From positions 1 to 64,000 of IMG/VR virus record IMGVR_UViG_3300025015_000024: a stretch of DNA of 64,000 nucleotides. One strand, 5' to 3'. The notes under the pieces are model-generated. The model saw only the letters and a list, made by a program, of their open reading frames with translations, was not told the DNA's origin and searched no databases. Shown here in pieces: positions 37,210 to 48,264 of this stretch (positions within the stretch are counted from its first letter, which is position 1; the number at the start of each line of letters is the position of its first letter). The DNA comes from an uncultured virus (IMG/VR IMGVR_UViG_3300025015_000024). Taxonomy: Duplodnaviria; Heunggongvirae; Uroviricota; Caudoviricetes. Made by a program: the position numbers and the translations under genes.

Positions 37210-37791
37210 ATGAATAATAATAATAATAATAATAATAGTAAGATACAATTGGAGGTGTTGGGACTATCATATAATCAAAACATGGGAAATAGTTACACAT
37301 TAATATTACAAGAATCAAAAGGTAATAGAAAAATACCAATTGTTATAGGAGAATCAGAGACACAATCAATTATAATGGTTCTTGAGGGTGTTATGACTCA
37401 AAGACCGATGACTCATGATTTATTTGTTAAATTATGTTTGGAACATAATATTGAAATGGATGAGATTCTAATTTATAAATTAGAGGAAGGTGTATTTTAT
37501 TCCAAATTAATATGTAAAGATATTATGAACAATGTTAAAGAAATTGATTCAAGAACATCTGATGCTATTGCATTAGCACTACGATTTGAATGTCCAATAT
37601 ATATAAATGAAGATATTATGGATATTTCAAGTATTGATATTGGTGATGATAATAAAAAAATTGAGATATCTGATTTACCAGAATATAATAAAAAAGAATT
37701 AGAAAAAAAATTAGAGGAGGCAATTAGAATAGAGGACTATGAAAGTGCCAGCACTATAAGAGATATTATAAATAAAAAAAGAAAAAATTAA
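37210..37791 (+). CDS. Bifunctional nuclease (DUF151) with C-terminal UVR motif
   Basis: IPIVIG, RPMTHDL, EIDSRTSDAIALALR and EDYESASTIRD motifs. Confidence 0.9.
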   Translation: MNNNNNNNNSKIQLEVLGLSYNQNMGNSYTLILQESKGNRKIPIVIGESETQSIIMVLEGVMTQRPMTHDLFVKLCLEHNIEMDEILIYKLEEGVFYSKLICKDIMNNVKEIDSRTSDAIALALRFECPIYINEDIMDISSIDIGDDNKKIEISDLPEYNKKELEKKLEEAIRIEDYESASTIRDIINKKRKN

Positions 37792-40740
37792 GTGGGTAGG
37801 ACATCAAAAGAAAATAGAATTGTTGAATTTGCAAAATGTATAAAAGACCCATCATATTATGCTGAAACTTTTTGTCAGACATTTGATATGACAAAAGATA
37901 AAAATGTCCCATTTAAAATGTTTAGAAGACAAAGGGAATTAGTACAAAATTGTATTAATAATAGATATAATATTATTAAAAAACCAAGGCAAGCTGGGGT
38001 TACAACATCCATTTCTTTATTTGCTGCATGTTATATGATGTTTCAAGAGAAAAGAAAAGTTATGATTGTTGCCAACAAACAGGACATGGCATTTGAAATG
38101 TTAAAAAAAATAAAAGAATTCATACATTTTGCTCCTAGTTGGATGGGAATTAATTTAACAAGAATTGCTCAGGGTATATTAGAATTAAATAATGGTAGTC
38201 TTGTTAAGGCATTTGCAACTTCAGAAGATGCTTTGAGGGGATTTACTCCAACTTTACTAATTATTGATGAGGCAAGTAATATTAGAGATGGTGCTGAATT
38301 TTGGGGTGCTGCACACCCTTCACTTGCAAGCGGGGGGAAATGTATTATATGCAGTACTCCAAGGGGAATGGACGAATTTTATTGGGCAATATATGATGCA
38401 GCTTTAAATAATAAAAGTAATTTTTATATAAATGAATTTAAGTGGTATGAAGATCCAAGATATAATGATAAATTAAAATGGACAAAGGGTGATTTAATTA
38501 TTGATACGTGGTTAAAAACAAAAGTAAAAGATGAAGATTACGAAGTATTTGAAAGATTAGAAGAAAAAGGATTTGAGCCAACTTCTCCCTGGTTTGAAGA
38601 TCAATGCAGGGAATTAAATTATGATAAAAGACGAATTTCACAAGAATTGTTGGGAAAATTTATTGGTTCTGGCGATAATGTTATTGATGAAAAAGATATT
38701 AATTTTCAAGAAAAAGAAAATGTAATGCCACCGATAAGAAGTGAGGGATTTGATGGAAATGTATGGATTTGGAAAGATCCAATTCCAGATCATCAGTATA
38801 TTTTGGGATGCTTACCACCTGGAGAAAAAGTATTGACAAACGAAGGATTAAAAAATATAGAGGATATAAAAATTGATAATTTACTTATAGATGAAAATGG
38901 AAATTTTACTAAAATAAAAAATATTCAAACAACAAAAAATATAAATGATGAATTATATGAATTTAAATTAAGTAATGTTTGTAGAAAAACAATTTTTACT
39001 AGAAATCATCCAATATTATCAAGTATAAATACCGAACTAAAAAGAAATTGGAAAAGGAAGCATCCAGAACATAAATTTGGAAAACGATATTGGGATTTTA
39101 ATTTCAATTTTATTAATTCAGAAAATTTAAAAATTAATGATTGGATCAAATATCCTAATTTATATTATAATAAGGATTTAACTGATAATGAAATATTATC
39201 AAAATGGGATAAATATAAAAATATTGGTAGAACTGATTTTAAAATTAAAAACCCATTATTAGAAAAAGACTTTTGGTGGTATGTTGGGATATGGTTGGCC
39301 GAGGGGTGGTATTTAAAATCTAAAGCAGTTGAAAAAAGTAAAGGTTTATCAACTTGTCATAATATAAATGAAAAAATATTTGCATATAAAATAAAATTTT
39401 TGTGTGAAAAAATATTTAATAGAAAAGTAAATATAAGAGATAGAGAATCTGTAGTATATACACAATTTAACTCATTACAATTATATAGTTTTTTTCTTGA
39501 TAATTTTAGTGAATACGCCCATAATAAAAAATTACCTGAATGGGTAAAATATTTACCTAAAAAATATAAAATAGAAATTTTAAAAGGATATTTTGATGGT
39601 GATGGGTGTTGGTCAAAAACATATAAAAACAATAAAGGTTTTTCTTTTATAGCATTTGTCAGTGTTTCTTTAGAATTATTAGAGGGAATTCAAGATCTAT
39701 TATTTTCATTAGGAATTATTTCCGCATTAAAAATATTGAGAAAGGGGGGGTTTTGTATTATTGAAAATAGAAAATTTAAAACTAAAATAACATACGACTT
39801 AACTTTAGCACATTATGATAGTTTACAATTAGTTAATATGTTTAATATTAAAAAATATAATCATGTAAATATTAATGATTTTGAAATTAGAAATGAAAGA
39901 ATTATTTCTGGTACTTTAATCAGTAAAGATAATAAATGGATTTATCACAAAATAAAAGAAATAAATAAAATACCTTATAATGGAGATGTTTATAATTTTG
40001 AAACAGAATCTCACACTTTTTTATGTAAAAATATAACAACACATAATTGTGATGTATCAAGGGGTGATAGTAGTGATTTTAGTACAATTTGTATAATAGA
40101 TTTACATGCTGGAGAACAGGTAGTGGAATATCAGGGAAAAATAACACCTGATTTTTTTGGGGAACTTATATATGATTATGCAAATAAGTATCAAGCATAT
40201 ACAATAATTGATGTAACTGGTGGAATGGGGGTTGCCCCAATTCTAAAATTAATAGATATGGGATTTGATAAAAAATTACTTCATTATGATAATCCCAAAT
40301 CCAGATTAATACAAGAAAAGTTGGGCAGATTTAAAAAAGGAGATAAATTACCAGGATTTAATATAGGAGCAAATAGAAATATGACCATAATGGAATTTGA
40401 AAGACAAGTTAGAATGGGTGAGATAAAAATTAGATCAAAAAGATTAATAAATGAAATGAAAACTTTTATTTGGAAAAATGTTGGACCAAATGTCAGCAGA
40501 CCAGATCATATTTCTGGAAAAAATGATGACCTTATTTGGAGTATATCAATGCCACTTTTTATTTCTCAAACAACATTTAAAAATCTTAAAAGATATAATG
40601 AACAAACAAAAGCAATGTTGAGTAGCATGACATCTGATTCAAATCAATATAAGGATACAATAACACCACAAACAGGATATATGGGGAGAAATGATACAAA
40701 ATGGGCATATCAAGAATATGGGTGGTTATTTAAAAAATAA
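37792..40740 (+). CDS. terL: Terminase large subunit (T4 gp17-like) with intein
   Basis: KPRQAGVTT, LIIDEA, STPRG, DVSRG..D and DDL motifs. Confidence 0.93.
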   Translation: MGRTSKENRIVEFAKCIKDPSYYAETFCQTFDMTKDKNVPFKMFRRQRELVQNCINNRYNIIKKPRQAGVTTSISLFAACYMMFQEKRKVMIVANKQDMAFEMLKKIKEFIHFAPSWMGINLTRIAQGILELNNGSLVKAFATSEDALRGFTPTLLIIDEASNIRDGAEFWGAAHPSLASGGKCIICSTPRGMDEFYWAIYDAALNNKSNFYINEFKWYEDPRYNDKLKWTKGDLIIDTWLKTKVKDEDYEVFERLEEKGFEPTSPWFEDQCRELNYDKRRISQELLGKFIGSGDNVIDEKDINFQEKENVMPPIRSEGFDGNVWIWKDPIPDHQYILGCLPPGEKVLTNEGLKNIEDIKIDNLLIDENGNFTKIKNIQTTKNINDELYEFKLSNVCRKTIFTRNHPILSSINTELKRNWKRKHPEHKFGKRYWDFNFNFINSENLKINDWIKYPNLYYNKDLTDNEILSKWDKYKNIGRTDFKIKNPLLEKDFWWYVGIWLAEGWYLKSKAVEKSKGLSTCHNINEKIFAYKIKFLCEKIFNRKVNIRDRESVVYTQFNSLQLYSFFLDNFSEYAHNKKLPEWVKYLPKKYKIEILKGYFDGDGCWSKTYKNNKGFSFIAFVSVSLELLEGIQDLLFSLGIISALKILRKGGFCIIENRKFKTKITYDLTLAHYDSLQLVNMFNIKKYNHVNINDFEIRNERIISGTLISKDNKWIYHKIKEINKIPYNGDVYNFETESHTFLCKNITTHNCDVSRGDSSDFSTICIIDLHAGEQVVEYQGKITPDFFGELIYDYANKYQAYTIIDVTGGMGVAPILKLIDMGFDKKLLHYDNPKSRLIQEKLGRFKKGDKLPGFNIGANRNMTIMEFERQVRMGEIKIRSKRLINEMKTFIWKNVGPNVSRPDHISGKNDDLIWSISMPLFISQTTFKNLKRYNEQTKAMLSSMTSDSNQYKDTITPQTGYMGRNDTKWAYQEYGWLFKK
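38809..40047 (+). mobile_element. LAGLIDADG intein in TerL (413 aa)
   Basis: G|CLPPG...THN|C; VGIWLAEG and LKGYFDGDG; inserted next to the nuclease Asp. Confidence 0.92.
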
Positions 40741-40748
40741 AATAATTT

Positions 40749-41276
40749 ATGAATATATTAATAACAGAAAGTCAATTTAAAAGATTAATTGAAAACATTA
40801 TTGATGAAAGTAATAATGATATTAAAACACAAGAATTCATTGATATATTAAATCAGGAAAATATTCCTTATGAAATAAAAAATAATAAAATTATTATTGG
40901 TGGTGATAATAATATAAATTCTGAATTAATAACATATATTCCAGATAATGTTGAATTTAATAATGGTGATGATGTAGATTTAGATTATCTTAAAGAGATG
41001 GGAAATAATATTAAATTTAATAATAAAGGTTATGTAAATATAGATTCCCTTGATAGGGTAGGAAATAATATTCTATTTAATAATAAAGGTTATGTGGCTT
41101 TAGATTCAATTATATGGTTTAGCATTAATTCCGTTAATTTTACAAATAATGTTAAAGATGTATATTTTGGAAAAGAATTATTCTGGGGAAATGAATTCCC
41201 TTATCAGATATATAATATTAAAGGAAATTTTAAAATGTGGGATGATAAAAAAGGTGATTATAAAATAATAAAATAA
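40749..41276 (+). CDS. Putative head-packaged protein with Leu/Asn repeats
   Basis: MNILITESQFKRLIE..IDE; about 22-aa repeats ending FNNKGYV. Confidence 0.7.
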   Translation: MNILITESQFKRLIENIIDESNNDIKTQEFIDILNQENIPYEIKNNKIIIGGDNNINSELITYIPDNVEFNNGDDVDLDYLKEMGNNIKFNNKGYVNIDSLDRVGNNILFNNKGYVALDSIIWFSINSVNFTNNVKDVYFGKELFWGNEFPYQIYNIKGNFKMWDDKKGDYKIIK

Positions 41277-41357
41277 TTTATGAAAAATTGGGCTTTTCTC
41301 AAACTAACATATATTTATAATACATAACATATATATAAAAACATAAAATAAATAACC

Positions 41358-41558
41358 ATGGGACAAACAATCTTTAATGAAATTAATAATATAGATTTTG
41401 ATTTAAAAAAAATCAAATTACAAGTTCTTATTACGGATAATCTTGAAAAAAAAATGAATAAAAGAATATCTGAATTGTCATTGGAAAAGGGAACAAAACC
41501 TAAACCAGTATCTACCTATGTGAGAGAATTAATTGAAAATGATTGTGAAAATAAATAA
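41358..41558 (+). CDS. Small ribbon-helix-helix-like protein
   Basis: KLQVLIT...VSTYVRELIE. Confidence 0.55.
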   Translation: MGQTIFNEINNIDFDLKKIKLQVLITDNLEKKMNKRISELSLEKGTKPKPVSTYVRELIENDCENK

Positions 41559-41591
41559 GTTTTTTAAATAATATAAATATTTATATAAAAT

Positions 41592-44500
41592 ATGGCAGAA
41601 CAACAAAAAACTACTTTATATCAACGACTTACAAAACTCTTTGGAACAGGTGGCCAACCTGTAATTGATAAAAAACCTTCAATATCAGCAAAAGAATTAT
41701 TGACAGCGACTTCTGCCGAAGAACTGATGTTAAAAAAATTAGCAGCCCAGCAATCACAATATTTGGGAAATCAATTTGAGAAAATAACATCCAATTTATA
41801 TCAACAATCAGTTTATTATGAAACAACAAGACTTGCAAGTTATGCGGATTTTACGGCCATGGAACATACCCCAGAAATTGCGGCCACTTTAGATCTTGTA
41901 TCTGAAGAAAGCTGTCTAGCTGGGAATAGTACTATAAGATTATTAGATGGAACTAACCCAACAATAAAAAAATTATATAAAGAAAATAAAAAAAATTTTT
42001 GGATATATTCTTATGATACTAATAATAATAAATTTATTCCATCTAAAGCAGAGAAAGTAATTTATAAAGGCATTCAAGATATATATTTGATTAAATTAGA
42101 CGATGATACAAAAATAAAATGTACTGGTAATCATAAATGGTTAGGGAAAGATAATAAGTGGATAGAAACACATGATTTATATAAAGGATATTTTTTCATT
42201 AATCATAAGGTTATTTCTATAAAATATATGGGAAAAGAGAAAGTATATGATGTTGTTAATTCTGGTAAATTTAATAATTTTGGGGTTAAGTGTAATAGTG
42301 GGATGATTATAAGTCATAATTGTACGCTCTCAGAATTTGGTAAAATGTTACAAGTATTCTCTGATAGTAAAAGAGTTAAAACAATTCTTGAAAATTTATT
42401 TTATAAAACTTTAGATATTAACATTAATTTACCAGCATGGACAAGAAATACATGTTTATATGGCGATAATTTTATTTATCTTAAATCAGAAATTGGAAAG
42501 GGAATTGTTGGGGTTAAACAACTTCCAAATATTGAAATAAGAAGAGAAGAGAGTTCGATTACTGATCAGAAAAATATGATTAGATTTATTTGGCAAGGAA
42601 AAAGTATGGAATTCACGGCCTGGCAAATTGCTCATTTTAGATTATTGGGGGACGATAGAAAATTACCTTACGGAAATTCTTTTTTAGAAAAAGTAAGGAA
42701 GATATGGAAAATGTTGATATTAGCAGAAGATGCAATGCTTGTCTATAGAATAACAAGAGCACCTGAAAGGCGTGTATTTAAAATTGATGTTGGAAACTTA
42801 GATGATAAAGATGTTGAGCCGTATATTCAAAGAGTTGCTCAAAAATTTAAAAGACAGCCGCAAGCTGAAAATACTGGTAATTTTACAGGACAAGTAGATA
42901 TGAGATATCGAACACTTCCAGTATGGAAAAATACTCCAATCCCATTATTGGATGGTAGAACAATAACAATAGAAGAATTATCAAAGGAATATGAAGAAGG
43001 AAAATATAATGAGGTCTATTCTATAAAAGATAATACACATGAAATTGTTCCTGGAAAAGTTATTTGGTGTGGTAGGAATTATAAAGCAAATAAATTAATT
43101 AAAATTTGGTTGGATAACAAAACATGGATAATGTCTGCACCAGAACATCCATTTATTTTAAGAGATGGTTCACATAGTAGAGCAGATAAATTATGTTCTG
43201 GTGATAAATTAATGCCATTTAGACATGTTAAAATTAAAATAAAATATACAGAAGAAATTTATGAACCAGATGATGTATATTGTATGACTGTTGTTGGACC
43301 AAATGGAGAAAATAATAGACATAATTTTGCTGTTTGCTCTCTTAATAAAGATGAAAACTATACGAGAAAGGGTGTATTTGTTAAGAATAGCACGGATGAA
43401 GATTTTTTCTTACCAACAAGACAAGGTGGAGGAGATACAGAAATTGATACATTACCTGGTGCAAGCAATTTATGTCTTTCATTAGATACAAAAATTCCTC
43501 TATTAGATGGTAGAACATTAAAATTAAAAGAAATTATCGAAGAGTATAAAAATAATAAAGATTTATGGGTTTATAGTTGTAATCCAAATACTGGTGAAAT
43601 TATTCCAGGGATCATTTCATGGGCGGGAATTACAAGAAAAAATGCTCATGTTTTAAAAATTACGTTAGACAACGGAAAAGAGATTATATCAACACCGGAT
43701 CATAAATTTTTAACAAGGGATGGACTAAAAAAAGAAGCAAAAGATTTAGAAATAAATGAATCTTTGATGCCGTTTCATAGAAAAAAAGAAAAAATAAGTA
43801 AAAATTCTAGTGACTATGAAATGATTTGGGATAATTCAAAACAAAAATGGATTTTTATTCATAGAATGGTTGGTAGTTATATGAAAGATAAAAATTTACA
43901 TAATGAATTAATACATAATAATAAATTTATAAATGAAAATAAAAATATTATTCATCATAACAATATGAACCGATTTTGCAATAATCCTAGCAATTTATAT
44001 TTTATGAGTAGAAATGATCATATAGATCTTCACTGTGATTTTAATAATAATTTATTAGAGTGGAATAAAAATCCAATTAATTTAAAACAAAAAGGAAAAT
44101 TAATAAGTAAAACAAAATCAGATCCAGAACGTAAAAAAATATATTCAAAAAACGCTAAAAAATTATGGGAAAATAAAGAATATAAAAATAAAGTATTTAG
44201 CAAACCACAAAAAATTATATTTACTGATAAGTTATATTCAATATTTTTTGATACTTTTAAATTATATGGCAGAAGTGATTTAACTCTTGAAAAATTAAAT
44301 TCTAATAAAATCTTTATGCATGAATTTATATTGTCAAATTCAAATATTCGTAGCTCGATGACCAATTTATCAGAATTTACTCATAATCATGTAGATAAAA
44401 TGGTTAAAGAAAAAGGATATAAAAATTATCGAGAATGGGTTAAAAAAACTTCTGATAATTTGGGATATAAAAATGTTAATTCTTGGAGATATTATATTGC

Positions 44501-45539
44501 TAAAGAAAATAAAACAGGAAAATATACTACTCATAGATTTTTAGAACAAGATTACTATAATCATAAAATTACTAAAATTGAATGGTTGGAAGAAAAAATT
44601 GATACTGGAACAATTACCGTAGATGGAGAACATAAATATCATAATTTTCATACTTTTGCAGTAGAATCTGGGGTGTTTATATATAATTCTGAAATTGCAG
44701 ATATAGAATATATCCAGCGTAAATTATTCACAGCAATGAGAGTTCCAAAGGCATTTCTTGGTTTTGAGGAAGCAATTGGTGAAGGAAAAAACTTGGCACT
44801 TCAAGATATAAGATTTGCTCGTACAATTAATCGTATTCAACAATCAATGATTCAGGAATTAAATAAAATCGCCATTATCCATTTATATATGTTAGGATTT
44901 GAAGAGGAACTTGACAATTTTACTTTAACACTAAATTCCCCATCAACACAGGCAGAGATGTTAAAGATTGAACAGTGGAAAGAAAAAGTATTATTATATA
45001 AGGATTTGGTATCATTAAATGATACAGGATTTGCTGCAACGTCAATGACATGGGCCAAAAAGAATATTCTTGGTTTCTCTGATGATGAAATTATATTGGA
45101 TCTTAAACAACAAAGAGTGGAAAAGGCTGCAGGAAAAGAAAATGAAGCGCCAGAACAAATTATTCATACAGGATTATTTGATGCTTTGGATAAACGTTAT
45201 CAACAAAAACCAGGGGAAGAAGCACCAGAAGGTGGTGAAGGTGGCGCACCTGGCGAATTACCAGGTGTTGGTGGAATGGGTGGGGGTGAAGAATTACAAC
45301 CACCAGGTGGAGGGCCAGGAGGTGGTGGAATGCCAGAACTTCCTGAATTAACTGAAGAAAATAAAATTAATATATTGGAAAGTGAAGATAAGGAACAAGA
45401 TTCAAAATATAAAATATTGAATGATGATTCTAAAGTATTAAATGAAGATTTAAAAACAATGTTTGAATCTTTGGATGAAACGTTAAGTGAAAATAAAGAG
45501 ATTATTATAAAAAAAATTGAAGATGATGAAAAAGAGTAA
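41592..45539 (+). CDS. Portal protein (T4 gp20-like) with three inteins
   Basis: EDAMLVYRITRAPERRVFKIDVGNL, EDFFLP and TEIDTLPG motifs; about 617 aa after splicing. Confidence 0.93.
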   Translation: MAEQQKTTLYQRLTKLFGTGGQPVIDKKPSISAKELLTATSAEELMLKKLAAQQSQYLGNQFEKITSNLYQQSVYYETTRLASYADFTAMEHTPEIAATLDLVSEESCLAGNSTIRLLDGTNPTIKKLYKENKKNFWIYSYDTNNNKFIPSKAEKVIYKGIQDIYLIKLDDDTKIKCTGNHKWLGKDNKWIETHDLYKGYFFINHKVISIKYMGKEKVYDVVNSGKFNNFGVKCNSGMIISHNCTLSEFGKMLQVFSDSKRVKTILENLFYKTLDININLPAWTRNTCLYGDNFIYLKSEIGKGIVGVKQLPNIEIRREESSITDQKNMIRFIWQGKSMEFTAWQIAHFRLLGDDRKLPYGNSFLEKVRKIWKMLILAEDAMLVYRITRAPERRVFKIDVGNLDDKDVEPYIQRVAQKFKRQPQAENTGNFTGQVDMRYRTLPVWKNTPIPLLDGRTITIEELSKEYEEGKYNEVYSIKDNTHEIVPGKVIWCGRNYKANKLIKIWLDNKTWIMSAPEHPFILRDGSHSRADKLCSGDKLMPFRHVKIKIKYTEEIYEPDDVYCMTVVGPNGENNRHNFAVCSLNKDENYTRKGVFVKNSTDEDFFLPTRQGGGDTEIDTLPGASNLCLSLDTKIPLLDGRTLKLKEIIEEYKNNKDLWVYSCNPNTGEIIPGIISWAGITRKNAHVLKITLDNGKEIISTPDHKFLTRDGLKKEAKDLEINESLMPFHRKKEKISKNSSDYEMIWDNSKQKWIFIHRMVGSYMKDKNLHNELIHNNKFINENKNIIHHNNMNRFCNNPSNLYFMSRNDHIDLHCDFNNNLLEWNKNPINLKQKGKLISKTKSDPERKKIYSKNAKKLWENKEYKNKVFSKPQKIIFTDKLYSIFFDTFKLYGRSDLTLEKLNSNKIFMHEFILSNSNIRSSMTNLSEFTHNHVDKMVKEKGYKNYREWVKKTSDNLGYKNVNSWRYYIAKENKTGKYTTHRFLEQDYYNHKITKIEWLEEKIDTGTITVDGEHKYHNFHTFAVESGVFIYNSEIADIEYIQRKLFTAMRVPKAFLGFEEAIGEGKNLALQDIRFARTINRIQQSMIQELNKIAIIHLYMLGFEEELDNFTLTLNSPSTQAEMLKIEQWKEKVLLYKDLVSLNDTGFAATSMTWAKKNILGFSDDEIILDLKQQRVEKAAGKENEAPEQIIHTGLFDALDKRYQQKPGEEAPEGGEGGAPGELPGVGGMGGGEELQPPGGGPGGGGMPELPELTEENKINILESEDKEQDSKYKILNDDSKVLNEDLKTMFESLDETLSENKEIIIKKIEDDEKE
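41913..42320 (+). mobile_element. Portal mini-intein 1 (136 aa)
   Basis: S|CLAG...TGNH...SHN|C. Confidence 0.9.
42918..43388 (+). mobile_element. Portal mini-intein 2 (157 aa), Pro1 class-3-like
   Basis: L|PVWKNTPIPLLDG...PEHPF...VYCMTV...FVKN|S. Confidence 0.8.
43473..44687 (+). mobile_element. Portal intein 3 (405 aa) with HNH endonuclease
   Basis: L|CLSLDT...TPDH...IHH..N..NN...NL...H...IYN|S. Confidence 0.88.
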
Positions 45540-45544
45540 ATAAT

Positions 45545-47213
45545 TTAAGGTAATTTAGATTTAAGTTTTTCAGCAAGTTCATAATCTTCATTTTCAACTG
45601 CTTTTCTAATTTGCTCTTCAATGGTTGATTTATCAATAATTATTTCACTACCATTAAATAAAGTGCTGGGTTCAATATAATGTTCCCATCCCTCATCCCA
45701 CAAATCAACTGGTAATTTAATTAAGTAATTTTCACCAAATATTTTTAACTTTTATTTATAAATATATAATTTATTTTCCATAAAGTCAAACTTTTCAATG
45801 TATCAGCATATTTATATATGTCTATGAGACAAAAATATTATGCAACTTGTTGAACAACATTTAATCAAAAATACATCAGAATCATTTAAGGAATGTGAAG
45901 ATGTTTGTTTTAAAACAAAAAACTTATACAATTATTCTTTATATCTAATCAGATAAGCATATATTAAAGAAAATAAAAATATTATTTTTGATTTATATCA
46001 TCATATAAAGAAACATGAATCTTATAGCGCCTTACCAAGGAAAGTTTCATCCAATGTTTTGTTAATGGTACAGAAGAATTTTAAATCATTTTTCAAAGCA
46101 TTAACATTATATCAAAAAAACCCAAATAAATTTAAAGGAAGACCTGGTTTACCAAAATATTTGGATAAACAAAAGGGAAGATACATTGCTTGGTTTACAA
46201 ATCAAGCCGTATCAAAAAAAGTATTTAAAAAAACAGGAAAAATTAAACTTTCACAATGTAATATAGAATTTAAAACAAAATTAAAATCTTTTGAGGAAAT
46301 TGATTGTGTCAGAATTGTCCCAAAAAATAATCACCATGTAATTGAGGTGGTTTATACAATAGTAACACCAGAAAAATTAACGGATAATAACAAATATGCA
46401 GCAATTGATTTGGGTGTGAATAATTTAGCAACGATTGTATCAAATGTTAAAAAATTTAAACCATTAATTATAAATGGAAAACCATTAAAATCCATTAATC
46501 AGTTTTACAATAAAAAGAAAGCACATTTGCAATCTGTTAATGAAATAAGACATAAAATAAAAACAAGCAGACAAGTACAGAAACTTGATTTAAAAAGACA
46601 AAATAAAATCAATCATTATCTTCATGTTTCCAGCAAATTAATTGTTAACATTCTCAAAGAAAATAATATTAATACTTTGATTATAGGGAAAAATGATAAT
46701 TGGAAACAAGAGGTGAATATTGGAACAAAAAATAATCAGAATTTTGTCAGCATACCACACAGTAGATTTATAAATTTTATCAATTATAAATGCGAAAAAG
46801 AAGGTATAAATGTTATAACTAAAAATGAAAATTATACATCTAAATGTTCCTTTTTGGATTTGGAAACGATCCGAAAGCATAAAATGTATAAAGGAAAAAG
46901 AATCAAAAGGGGTTTATTTATTTCTTCAGAAGGAAGAAAAATAAATGCTGATGTGAATGGTAGTTATAATATGTTAATAAAAGTAATTCCAAACGTCTTT
47001 GACAATGGAATAGAGGGTGTCGGAATTCATCCAAGGGTCATAAAAATCCTGAAGTGAAAAATATTTATATATTTTCACCTATTCTTTCAATATTCTTCCA
47101 ATGCAACTTGTTGTGGATATATTGTTATCAATTTTTCTTGCCAGTTCATTTCTTAAATTTTGAAGGGATTTCTGTGTGTATCCCATCGAATCATAATAAA
47201 TTTTTGTTTTCAT
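45545..47213 (-). pseudogene. UVR-motif protein gene split by the TnpB element
   Basis: 47213-47091 (MKTKIYY...CIGRI) joins in frame with 45748-45545 (LKIFGENY...AVENEDYELAEKLK) to give 108 aa. Confidence 0.7.
45749..47090 (+). mobile_element. tnpB: IS605-like TnpB-only element; tnpB 45840-47057 carries a nonsense codon
   Basis: Inserted after TTTAA and ends in TTCAA; MQLVEQH start, in-frame TAA at 45954, IDLG, YTSKCS and NADVNG motifs. Confidence 0.85.
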
Positions 47214-47249
47214 TGTTTTTAAGTTTTGAATATTAATTAATAAATTTTA

Positions 47250-47450
47250 TTATTCTATCGTAATAAATTCAGGACTTTGAAATTTAGACCATTGGCACAC
47301 ATCTTTGTAAAATTCAAAATAGTTATCTTCAATAAACCATTTTGCCTGTTGTAAAGTCCTGAATTGACCAAGCACTTTCAATATAACGTTTCCGCTTCTT
47401 AATAAGATTATTTTGTTTTTCATAACATTTTTATTGAAGTTTAATTTCAT
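47250..47450 (-). CDS. Hypothetical protein
   Basis: Short ORF under the reverse host-type promoter near 47471. Confidence 0.5.
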   Translation of the reverse strand: MKLNFNKNVMKNKIILLRSGNVILKVLGQFRTLQQAKWFIEDNYFEFYKDVCQWSKFQSPEFITIE

Positions 47451-47519
47451 GGTATTTTAATTTCACAGTACAAAAATAAGTAAAATAAATGACATTTCCA
47501 AATAAAAAATTAATTATTT

Positions 47520-47726
47520 TTAATCTACTGGTGAGAAAAAATCTGCATTATCAGATGCTTCACTTCTTAATAGATCAACATATTTTCTATCTTCATCAGA
47601 TAAATTGTTATACCATTTTACTATTTTTAATTGGGTTAGTTCATCTAATTTTGATTTAAAGAAAAATAGACCACTACCATTTATTAAAAATTTATCTTTT
47701 TTTGTTACTTCCATTTTTGTTTTCAT
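47520..47726 (-). CDS. Hypothetical protein
   Basis: Preceded by the reverse leader repeat and a promoter. Confidence 0.6.
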   Translation of the reverse strand: MKTKMEVTKKDKFLINGSGLFFFKSKLDELTQLKIVKWYNNLSDEDRKYVDLLRSEASDNADFFSPVD

Positions 47727-47843
47727 TGTTTTTAAGTTTTAAGTTAATAAATTAAGTTAATTAGAACACAAAGGTAAGTAAAATAATTGACATATCCAAA
47801 TAAAAAGTGAATTATTTTTAATTATAAATATTTATATAAGAAT

Positions 47844-48218
47844 ATGAAAATAATAATAACATAAAGTCAATTTAAGAGATTAATAGAGAATATAATTAAA
47901 GAACGAGGGATAGATATTATTGATTCTGATAATTATGATGTTTTCAATGATGAGAAAGCAATAGCATTAATTATGTTTTTAAATAAAAATATGGAGGGGG
48001 ATTATGGTTTGTGGGAGTTAAAACCCATTAAAACTTATTGGTCTGGCACAAATGTATATACACTTAATAATGATAGATATTATGTTGGAACTAAAGAAGA
48101 AATGATAAAATATGATGATTGGTACAGAAGAAGAGATGCAGGCAATATACCAGACCCATTAAATCAATTTTATCTTGGGAGTGAGAATCAATATGATATT
48201 TGTAAACCTTTTAATTAA
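47844..48218 (+). pseudogene. Head-packaged-type gene with a nonsense change in the ITESQ motif
   Basis: MKIIIT*SQFKRLIENIIKE (TAA at 47862 where ORF 40749 has GAA), in frame with ORF 47973. Confidence 0.7.
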
Positions 48219-48264
48219 TAATTTTTTTCCTTTTAACTGATATTTATTAATAAATAAAATTATT

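Noticed and set aside
37213..37236. (AAT)n microsatellite as a phase-variation switch
   Set aside because: A triplet repeat only changes poly-Asn length and keeps the frame.
45954..47864. Two in-frame TAA codons suggesting stop-codon reassignment
   Set aside because: TAA is the dominant true stop here and core genes are intact in code 11; the two cases imply different amino acids (probably Gln and Glu), so they are point mutations.
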